Below are positions 54,541 through 64,000 of a stretch of 64,000 bases of DNA, piece by piece. The notes under the pieces were generated by a model. The model was given only the letters and a program-made list of their open reading frames with translations. It had not been told where the DNA came from and did no database searches. Origin of the DNA: Leucoraja erinacea (taxonomy: Eukaryota); assembly GCF_028641065.1 (NCBI RefSeq), contig NC_073390.1:31000001-31064000 (forward strand), written 5' to 3'. A program made the position numbers and the translations under genes. Numbering within the stretch: position 1 is the first letter of the stretch; every line of letters begins with the position of its first letter.

Positions 54541-57500
54541 GATGGCATCAACTGAGTTCACATCAAGGACAACTATATTAACATTCCCATATTTATATAT
54601 TATTTCCATCATATATAATAATACACCCTCTAATATTAGCCCCAGTTTCTAATTTGTACTGTATATATAAAAGCCTTATTCTCCACCCCTCTCCCCTCCC
54701 CTCTTTCAATCCACGTAGGATTCCAGGCAATGCCATCTGTTGAAGGACACAGGTAACTAAAGCATGTTTCAAACCAGCCTGAGCAAATTTATTTTGGCAC
54801 CATGCCAGTTAAGGCAAAATTAGAACTGGTAATTAATACCTTATTTGTGGATCCATATTTTAAGGAATTGAAAGAGACAGAGGCAGAGGCAGTTAAGGAA
54901 GGAATTACAGATCTTAGGGCCAGGGCGGCCAAAAACCATGACCAGCAGTGGTGGAAGGGGGAGCGGTGATAAAAACTGTGGTTGCATCGGAGACCGGAAC
55001 TGGAGGTAATGCTGAACCTTGGAAGCATCAACAATCTGCATTTTAATACGATTTCACAATCTCTGGCAGCCACATGCTGAACAACATGCTTAAACTAGAC
55101 ACAAAGAGCCCAGTGGAATGAAAAGTACGAGCATTGATTGCAAAGCACTTGAATATTAACAGTTTGTCATCAAAACCCTTCAGCCCAATTGTCCTTCTCC
55201 TTGTCAAGTTTCCCAGTAGGTTTAACACTCTCTCCCTTCTCCGATTATTCCTTTATTAGTAAACCCTTGCTTTCCTTTAAGGTTATCCGATTTTCAAAGA
55301 AGTTTGAAAGAGGCAAGGCGTTTTGTTTAATAACCTGCGTTAAGCATAACTCTGAGCGTACATCCCATAATGTAAATAAAGCATCACAACAGCTGAGCGA
55401 ACTCAGAAACTGTAAGCAAAGAATTACCAGCCAGCCGAAAGTTATTGCTGCAATTAGTGCTGACTCGGGGAAGATACTGATCTTGGGAGCGACAGTGTGT
55501 GGGAGTTGGATTAACATTAGCAGCGATACAACAATAATACACACTGCTGGAGCAGGGTTACTGAGTGACAGTGTGGGGGAGCTAGATTAATACCAATGGA
55601 TATAAAGTCAGTAACTATAGGGCACTGGAAGAAGAGTGACAAGGTGAGGGATTAGCAGATGTGTTGAGGTAATTGTGACAATAATTAATTGCATTTACAT
55701 GGTAATGCAGTAAAGTATCCCAAGGCATTTATTTCATATTTCCAGTGCTTGCATTCTTTTTTATTTCTGAGCGATCTCAAGCATAATTTGACACTGCCTA
55801 TTCGATCTGCATTCCATTGTGAGCAGAGGTTATTTGGGTAATCAAGCAGCTATTTTCCAGGGTTTTCATTATGACAGAACGAGATAAATGAAAGTTTTCT
55901 TCTTAAAAAATTGTTGTGGAGACAGATGGTGTTTCAGGAGCATCAGATTCTAATTACACACAGCAGAGAGGCACAGGGACTGGGTCACTACAAAAGCATT
56001 TTTAGTGAATTTCTTTATGGCTGGTAGTCAGGAATTCACCCCATAAGACCAACGCATCTCCCCTCCACCCCCCACCTCCCACTCCTCCAACTACCACCAC
56101 CACCACCCTCAACCTTCCCTCTTTATCTGGAGACAGCAGGAGAGAAGAGGTGCAGTACTTAGCATTGCAAGTCCTGGAATGCATCTGCCATGCCGAGCTT
56201 GTTAACTTTAAGCCAGCCACAAGAAAAGATGTCTGCATCTGAGAACGCAGGTATTCCTGATGGTAAGAGCTTTTGTCCAAGCACTGCAGTGAACCTCTTA
56301 AACATTGTTGTTACCAGTCACTCTTTCCTGAATGGTTCACCGTCCTTGGTATTGAAAATGAGCCTCCACAGGAATTGAAGAAGAAATTGAGAACTATCTC
56401 CCTCAAAACCTTTCTGAAAGTTTCAAATGTCGGCTTTTGTTAAAGGTCTTGGAGCCAAGTCACACGTTAAATTCCAGATTAACTGTAATTGAATTTAATG
56501 GCTATCAAATCCAGAATGCTGAATGGCCAAGGTTTTTTCACTGACGTGAAGCACAGAGCTTCACTGTTAGTATTTATTTAACCCTTTCTTGTTGATGGGT
56601 AGAATGATGTTAAATGTTGCCTTGCCTGGACAGGGTTCACAGCGTCTGGGGTTATGGGGAGAAGGCAGGAGAATTGAGGTTAAGAGGGAAAAATAGATCC
56701 GCCGTGATTGAATGGCAGAGTAGACTTGATGGGCCGAATGGCCTAATTCTGCTCCTATCATGTGAACGTATGAACAATGATAAATGTTGTTTTTTCAGTT
56801 CACATATGATGATAACTTTATCCAAGTGTGGAGTATATTTCAAAAGCAATCTGTTTCAGTGCTGCAGTGGCTGAAACATAACAGCCAAGGAGGTCCAATC
56901 CAGGATTTGAAAACAATTTTGAATTAACTAAAGGCACAAGAAACTGCAGATACATCTTTACAAATATAAAACACAATGTACTGGAGTAACCCAGTAGGTC
57001 AGGCGGCATCTGTTGAGGACATTAATTGGTGACGTTTTGGACCAGGAGCCTTCTTCACTGATTTTAGTCAGGAGGAGAAAGCTGGAAAAGAGATGTGGGC
57101 AGGACAAAGCCTGGCAAGTGTTAGGTGCAGATATGTTTGATCGGCAGATGAATGGACAAATGTTAGAGATAACAATGAGGCAAAAGAGTGTCAGACAAGG
57201 ACAGGAGTGAAATGTAAAGCCAGAGGGAGTGATATCGGTGGAAGGGGATGGAAAAAAAAAGGGAAAGGGAGTGGGGGCGGGTAAGTGGGAGAAATAGGTG
57301 AGCACCAGGGTAGGGCACTGAAATGAGCAGGACGAGGGGGGGGGGGGGGGGGGGGGGGGGGGTGGGGGATGGTGGGCAGGTTTTTCTAGAACTAGACTAA
57401 GTGGGACAACGGAGGGCTGGTGTCCCAATGCAATATTCCACCTCTCCACCAATTCCAATATTGGTGGCCAGTGGCGGGGGGGAGGGCGAGCTTTCTGGAG

Positions 57501-57674
57501 GGCTAGTATGGGTATTGTGGGCTGAAGGGACTGGTTTCCAGAGGGCTAGTATGGACATTGTGGGCAAAATGGATTCTTGGGGTGGCAGCTCAGTCACTCA
57601 AGTCTGATGTGCTGGCAACTCACTCACGGCTGGTGGGCTAGCATTTGACTCATGGCTATTCTTTGAAATCCCAT

Positions 57675-58155
57675 TTCAAGCCACCAAATTCAAATGCAAT
57701 TTCCGACCATTTCAAGCAGGGTGCAAGGCCACCAAATTCAAGTGCAGTTTCATGCCACTTCAAGCAGGATGCAAGACAACCAAATCGAAGTGCAGTTTCA
57801 TACCACTTCAAGCAGGGTGCAAGGCCACCAAATTCAAGTGCCTTTTCCGACTACTTCAACTAGGGTGCAAGGCCACCAAATTCAAGTGCAGTTTCATGCC
57901 ACTTCAAGCAGGATGCAAGACAACCAAATTGAAGTGCAGTTTCATACCACTTCAAGCAGGATGCAAGACAACCAAATTGAAGTGCAGTTTCATACCACTT
58001 CAAGCAGGGTGCAAGGCCACCAAATTCAAATGCAGTTTCATGCCACTTCAAGCAGGGTGCAAGGCCACCAAATTCAAATGCAGTTTCATACCATTTTGTT
58101 CAGGGTGCAAGGCCACCACATTCAAATGCAGTTTCATACAATGTCAAGCAGGGTG
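57675..58155. repeat. 48-bp minisatellite, about 10 copies, inside the Helitron
   Basis: Unit is approximately ttcaagcagggtgcaaggccaccaaattcaagtgcagtttcataccac, which produces the 16-aa periodic ORFs. Confidence 0.9.
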
Positions 58156-58534
58156 AAACCTACATAAAACACCACATAAAAACCACACTCACTTTTAAGT
58201 AGACATTCAGTCTGTTCAGTTGATTCACAGCTCAGACAGTCGTGACCTCTCGCTCCCCCATCTTGGAGAGACTGAGCCACACCCACACCTCTGGGTTTTA
58301 TAATCCCTCCTCTCTTCCACTGGAAAGGGCATGGCCTTCATGGTGTGATTGACAGGAGAGAGATTCTCAACATTTTTTTAAACACTAATAACATTTTTAT
58401 TTTTCATTGATGGGAAGAATTCTCTGTACCTGATGAGCAGAGGGGGACTGAGTTAGATGGCCAAAAATGAGAGCCATAAATAGTAGCGTTTTATCTAAAA
58501 TCAATATATAGTGCAAACAGGAAGTTGTCAAGTT

Positions 58535-58712
58535 TCCACCAACAACAATTTGCAGTGCAGCAGTTCAAAGCAACCCCCATACCAACAACAATTTACAGCG
58601 CAGCAGTTCAAAGCACCCCCCCCATACCAACAGTCCATTTACAGTGCAGCAGTTCAAAGCAACCCCCCCCTCCCCCACCAACAAGCATTTGCAGTGCAGC
58701 AGTTCAAAGCAA
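58535..58712. repeat. Short tandem array (about 4 copies, 40-50 bp) inside the Helitron
   Basis: Recurring accaaca...tttgcagtgcagcagttcaaagcaacccc. Confidence 0.75.
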
Positions 58713-61700
58713 CTGTATTTTCTTTTTCAAACCACATTAAGGGCACTCACATTTGAGTAGGCATGTGTTCAGTGTTATTCACAGCTCAGAGAGACATGCC
58801 CTCTTGCTTCCTCCATCTTGCAGGGACTCAGTGAGGCACAACAATTCTGGGTTTTATAGTCCTTCCCCCCTACCACCAGCAGGGGCAGCAGAGAGAATCT
58901 CAATTTTTTAAACATTAATAACTCTTTTATTTTTCATCAATGGGAAAAATCCTCTTGTCCTGCACAGCGGAGGGGGACTCTGAGTAAAATGGCCAAAAAT
59001 CACAGCCGTAAGTGGCAGCGTTTTCTCTAAAATCACGAAACAGTAAAACAGGAAGTGGTCAAGATCTTATTTTTAGTAATATAGATTCAATGTTCATATG
59101 GTTGGGCTGTAAACTACTGTACCCAAGCAGAATATGTGACATTCCTCCAGTTTTCATGTGGCTTCAGGATAGAATGATCAATATGGGAATGGGAAAGGAT
59201 GTTCAAATAATCAGTCACTGGGAGATCCGGCAGGCCTAGGTGCATCGGGCGCAAGGGTTCAGTAAAGCTGTCACCCAGTCTATACTTCGTCTCACTGATG
59301 TAAAGGAGGCCTGATTGGGAGCACTGAATACAATAGATGAGGTTAGAGGAAGTTCATGTAAGAGGTCTCACCTGGAAGGGCTGCTGGCATCCCTGGATGG
59401 ATGTGAGGGATAGATGAAGGGACAGGTGTTACATCTCCTGCGGTTGCAGTGGAATGTACCTGGGGAGAGGGTAGTTTGAGTGGGAATGCACCAAGGAGTT
59501 GCAGAGAGAGTGGTCCCCATGAACGTAGGAAAGCAATGGGGATGGGAAGATGTGACTGGTGGTGGGATCACATTGAAGGTGGAGGAATTGTCGGGTAATG
59601 ATGAGTTGGATGTGGAGGGTAGTGGAGTGTGAAGTAAGGACCATGGGAACTCAATCCTGGTTCCATCTGGGGGGACGGGGAGTGAGAGCAGAACAATGCA
59701 TCAAAGAGGACACACGGGTTACTATTTATTCCCACTGGAATCAGATCTGCTTGCCTTAACGAGTTAAAGAGATAAAACAGAATTTAAAAAAAAGCAAGCT
59801 CTGGAAATATGAAATAAATATTAAAAAATGCTGGAAAAACAGCAAATCAGGGAGAAAGAGAAGCAGTCAACATTTTAAGTCTGATGGCGGTTCTGAGACC
59901 AGAAATGAGAACTGTTTTGCTTTCCATCGAAGAGATAAACCAACTGGCCTTTTCTGCTCCTGGTTGCTTTCAACAGGACCACACTAACCTAAAATGCTTT
60001 GAATGCTGCAAAGTTGAACTGCTTGTTGTTGCTCAGGAAAACGTTTAGAATGGTTTGAGCGAACAACTGGTGTTCCTGGTTTGATTTTGAATTCCTTTTT
60101 TGGATTTATACAGATATCACAGGTTGAGTAGATTCCCAGTACATTTGCCTGAAGTTGAGCTGGAAGTGGCAAGTCCCTCAGGCTAACTAATTTGATACAG
60201 ACCCTGTTGGAATTTGTTGCTGAGTGCAAGTATTATCAAGCGATTTGTTGGGAGACTCTCTCCACCATCTCAGGTTTCTCCAAGTAAATCTGTATCGTGT
60301 GAAATACCTGTCCTTCAAATCTTTTATGGTTTATTTTTTAGCCACCTTGTTCACCAATTATCAGAAGTTGCAGCTTCTGGTCATTCACGACTAGGTTCTT
60401 TTTAAGTAGTGGTGGTCAGAACTGTGTAATGATGTTGGCGGAGTGGGGGTGAAGAGACCAGTTGTGGGAATAGGAATCATAAGATGAGAGGCCCTATGGT
60501 TAAAGAATTTTACGTTCTATGTTTTCCTGAGGGATACTCTGATGATAGGGATAATTTGCAAGCACCAAAATTGTTACAAACCAGAGAGTCTATATTAATG
60601 ACTCAAATACTAAGGATGCCAATTTCCAGTAATTTCTACCACCCACTGTACTAACTTTATAAAACATGCATTGTTAACCCTGTGACTACTGAAAAGTTCT
60701 GATAACATTCTCCTGCTCACTATTTCCTCCATACTGTACATCCTCGTTCCCTACATAACCTCATTTACTGCTAACATGCATTTGCTACTGTCTGGCAAGT
60801 CCTAGTTGTTCGGCAGTGGCAGCGAATATTATATCATGTTAGCTACTGCAATCGAACTCAGTCTCTTCTTCCTCTTGAGGCTCATATTCATATTCATTCC
60901 ACAAGAATCAGAAGATGGTGATCAACAAAAACGACTGAGCTAGTAAATATAATAAAACATATACAATTGTGACTATTCAGAAATCTTGATCATTCAACGT
61001 GTAGCTCTGATTCCCTGCTCCCTTTAACACACCAGTGTCCTAGTGTTACCTATCTCCATTCAACACACCAGGGCCCTCTGGTCCTCATGCTTCATGAAAC
61101 ACACCAGAACTTGATTCCTTACTTTCTTTAACACACTGAGGCCCAAATCTCATTCTACTTTTGACATATTGGATCCCTCGCATCCTTTAACATAATGAGG
61201 TCCTGGCTCCCATACACCCTTTTACACTGCTTCCTATCCTCCATTTAAACTTACCAGGTTCACTGGCCAGTTTGTTATTTTCCTGTGTAATATGGTGGTG
61301 ACCATGCGGTGACTGCATAGTCTCCTGCAGTCACCTAAAATGTCGCCTAAGTGGGACACACCCATTAGTATACTTTCCCAAAGCTGCTGAAGTTTCCTTA
61401 CTTCCGTCAAACAGATATCTCAGCACAGACTCATCTTCTGAATGAAATTACATTCCCAAACGCATAACCTCAATATAAATGGTTAAATATACAATTAATT
61501 ATGTAACCTTAGCACAACTGTAAACTTTTACATTAACAATTGTACTGCAGTTGAGAGTATCAAATCTAAATCTGGATTGATGAGAGTTAACTAGCTGCAC
61601 AGCAAACGATAATAGAATATCTGGCTCCAATTAGGGCTCTCCCTTATTTTACATACCCAGCAGGAGAATTTCACAGATTGCGGGAGACTTTACAAAGGCA

Positions 61701-61819
61701 AATTAGGCAGAGGCAAAATAGATCTGTGAAATGGAAATCAAGTTTCAGAATTTTATCAACACAAGTAGTTGAACTGATTGATAAAATTGATAAAAAATAC
61801 ATCCATTGATGCTCCTAAA

Positions 61820-62158
61820 TACATCATCAGTGATGTAACTTGGGGTCATTAGGTGTTTCGGGTCTTTCAACATCAGACACCCTCACCCAGGCGACTCAGC
61901 TGCGGTTGATCAGACCACGACGTGTTCAGGTGGCATTCGCTCCTCCCCATGGTCCTTCTCTCCTGATCCAGAGCCATCTCAAGGCCTTTTCCCGCTGCCT
62001 CTGTGGTGTTCTTGATGGCTCTTCTCCTCACCACTCCATTGATGCCCAGTGCACTCAAGGCTTTGTAGAGCGAATGCCCTGCAAAACCTCTGCAGCTAAC
62101 CTCGATGGGCATACACCTCACCTTCCAGCCCAGCTTACGGCAGTCTATGACCAGCTCT
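61820..62158 (-). mobile_element. 3' end of an RLE-type non-LTR retrotransposon (HERO/NeSL-like)
   Basis: PIEVSCRGFAGHSLYKALSALG...EAAG resembles the restriction-like endonuclease C-terminus. A related 3' UTR copy lies on the + strand at about 39120-39262. Confidence 0.65.
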
Positions 62159-62159
62159 T

Positions 62160-62632
62160 CATCCCTCCAAACCTGTCCTATCCATGCACCTGTCTAACTG
62201 TTTCTTAAACGATGGGATAGTCCCAGCCTCAAATACCTCCTCTGGCAGCTTGTTCCATACGCCCACCACCCTTTGTGTGAAAAAGATACCCCTTGGATTC
62301 CGATTAAATCTTTTCCCCTTCACCTTGAACCTATGTCTTCTGGTCCTCGATTCCTCTACTCTGTGCATCTACCCGATCTATTCCTCATGAATTTGTACAC
62401 CTCTATAAGATCTCCCCTCATCCTCCTGTGCTCCATAGTATAGATACCCAGCCTACTCAACCTCTCCCTATAGCTCACACCCTCTAGTCTTGGCAACATC
62501 CTCGTAAACCTTTTCTGAACCCTTTCAAGCTTGACAAAATCTTTTAATACAAATAACATGGTACCCAGAACTGAACACGATATTCTAAATGCGGTCTCAC
62601 CAACGTCTTATACAACTGCAACATGATCTCCC
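62160..62632 (-). mobile_element. CR1 LINE 3' fragment
   Basis: LERVQKRFTRMLP...MRGDLIEVYK and FFTQRVVGVWNKLP. Confidence 0.85.
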
Positions 62633-63259
62633 AAAGTGCCAAACCCCTTTTTGATCTCAGATGCTACTTGACCCCATGAGTGTTTCTGGTACTTACTCTT
62701 TTTATTTCAAATTTCTACCATCTGCAGTGGTTTGATTTCTGACTGATGGATCATGCATATGTGAATGAGTAGAAAGTGTGGTGCTTAAGTCTTTTTTCTT
62801 AGACAGTCATTAGGGATTGAGGATGACTTTCTTCCATTCCAGACTTGATGATTCCAAACATGAGGTAAATAATGAGGCCAATGTAGGTACCACAGAAATT
62901 CCACAGATGGGCACGAGGTTTCTGATGAGGGAGGTGGGGGGGGGGGGGGGGGGGGGGGGGGTGGTGGTTTGCAACCACTATTATGGAATATGCATTGTAT
63001 GTTTGGAGGTGGATGTTTATGGGAAGTGTCATGTATGAGATGTCTAAATGTGAAGTGCTTTATCTTGAACTGTAAATCCTGGAAGATTATATTTTTTAAA
63101 GACTCAGAAAAAAAAAGAACATGTTGTAATGCTTTAATTTTTTTTAGATAAAGGTAGGCAATATATTGTTTTGGCATAGCATAATGTATAGCACAACTGA
63201 GTTACAATAGGACCAATGTATTAACTACATCCTGCATCCCTTTGTGCAGTTTGTGGGTG

Positions 63260-64000
63260 AAAAATACTGGACTAAAATTACCGTCTACTTAAATAAAGGG
63301 AATTATAATGGTATGAAGGTGGAGTTGGCTGCAGTTGACTAGGAAAATAAGATAAGAAACAGGTCAGTGTAGGAATAGTGGCAGAAATTCAACAGCTGGT
63401 TCATAACACTCAGCAGGAATTTATTCCAATTAGGAAGAGGGATTCCATGGCAAAGAGGCACAAACTGTGGTTAATAAAGGATGTTGACTAGAATGTTAAA
63501 TTGAAAAGTGGGGCATATAGAATAGCAAGAGCTAATGATAAGCTAGAGGACTGGAAATCTTTTAGGATTCAACAATGAATAACTAAAATGTTCATTAGAA
63601 GGGGGGAAAATATTTATGAGAGCAATCTGTGTGAAAACGTAAAAACAAAGAGATGCTGTTCCTCCAATTTGCATGTGGTCTCACTCCGACAGTGAGGAGG
63701 ACCAGGCCAGAAAGGTCAGTGTGGGAATGGGAATCAGTAAGTTTGCATCAAGATTGCTGTGGTTTGCGGACTGTGGGGAAGGCTGTTAAAGTATACTAAG
63801 GGATATAAATCAGCTACAGAAATGGGCAGGGAAATGACAGATGGGGTTTAATCTGAGCAAGTGTGGGGCGTTGCACTTTGAGAGGTCATATGTAAGGGGA
63901 AAATATACAATTAATGACATGACCCTTAACAGTATGGATGTACTGAGGGACCTTAGAGTCCATGTCCATAACTGCTTGAAAGTGGCAGCAAGTGTAGATA
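63260..64000 (+). mobile_element. Degenerate CR1 ORF2 fragments running off the window
   Basis: DNA similarity to CR1 ORF2 (ctacagaaatgggca...tttaatctgagcaagtgt...gggaccttagagtccatgtccata). A short Penelope piece lies at about 63650-63735. Confidence 0.55.

Larger units (their letters stand above)
57392..59085 (-). mobile_element. Non-autonomous Helitron (~1.7 kb)
   Basis: The minus strand starts A|TCTATATTACTAAAA and ends TTAGTCTAG|T. A subterminal hairpin tgggaca/tgtccca lies at 57402-57427. It sits between A and T with no TSD and interrupts a Penelope fragment. Confidence 0.8.
56930..59720 (-). mobile_element. Penelope-like fragment split by the Helitron insertion at 57392-59085
   Basis: The shared tail lies at 56930-57390. 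The GIY-YIG/zinc-knuckle region (PGTFHCNRRRCNTCP) resumes after 59086. Confidence 0.65.

Noticed and set aside
55245-55590. Overlapping ORFs and enhancer-like motif content
   Set aside because: No protein similarity, and a regulatory role cannot be supported without conservation or chromatin data.
57645-58167. Repetitive ORFs of 134-157 aa; the array superficially resembles a CRISPR
   Set aside because: They are translations of a 48-bp minisatellite inside a Helitron. There are no unique spacers or cas genes, and the context is eukaryotic.
59984-60405. Coding-looking stretch upstream of SNED1, possibly an exon of a neighbouring gene
   Set aside because: I could not recognise any protein family in any frame or find a consistent splice-site pair. 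BLASTX would settle it.

Overview
Vertebrate genomic DNA, most likely from a cartilaginous fish (skate/ray-type repeats: HE1/V-SINE-like SINEs, CR1, Penelope). The window holds the 5' part of SNED1 (sushi, nidogen and EGF-like domains 1) on the minus strand. It includes a CpG-rich promoter at about 49.0-49.3 kb, nine complete coding exons with GT-AG boundaries in consistent phase (signal peptide, NIDO domain, five EGF modules), and the probable start of a further exon at the left edge. Intron 1 is about 31.9 kb. The rest is intronic or upstream DNA rich in transposon remains (CR1, L2, Rex1-like, RTE-like, HERO-like, Penelope, tRNA-SINEs, DeuSINE, Harbinger-type MITEs, a non-autonomous Helitron, a deleted LTR element) plus a processed RPL37 pseudogene. 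The most notable observations are: (1) a ~440-bp intronic block built entirely from reverse-complement copies of neighbouring DNA; (2) many minimal hammerhead-ribozyme-like motifs in Penelope-derived tails, with one fold-back insertion centred on the motif; (3) SNED1 lacks the mammalian RGD and LDV integrin motifs and may lack one EGF exon. Family assignments and comparisons with human SNED1 come from recall, not from database searches.
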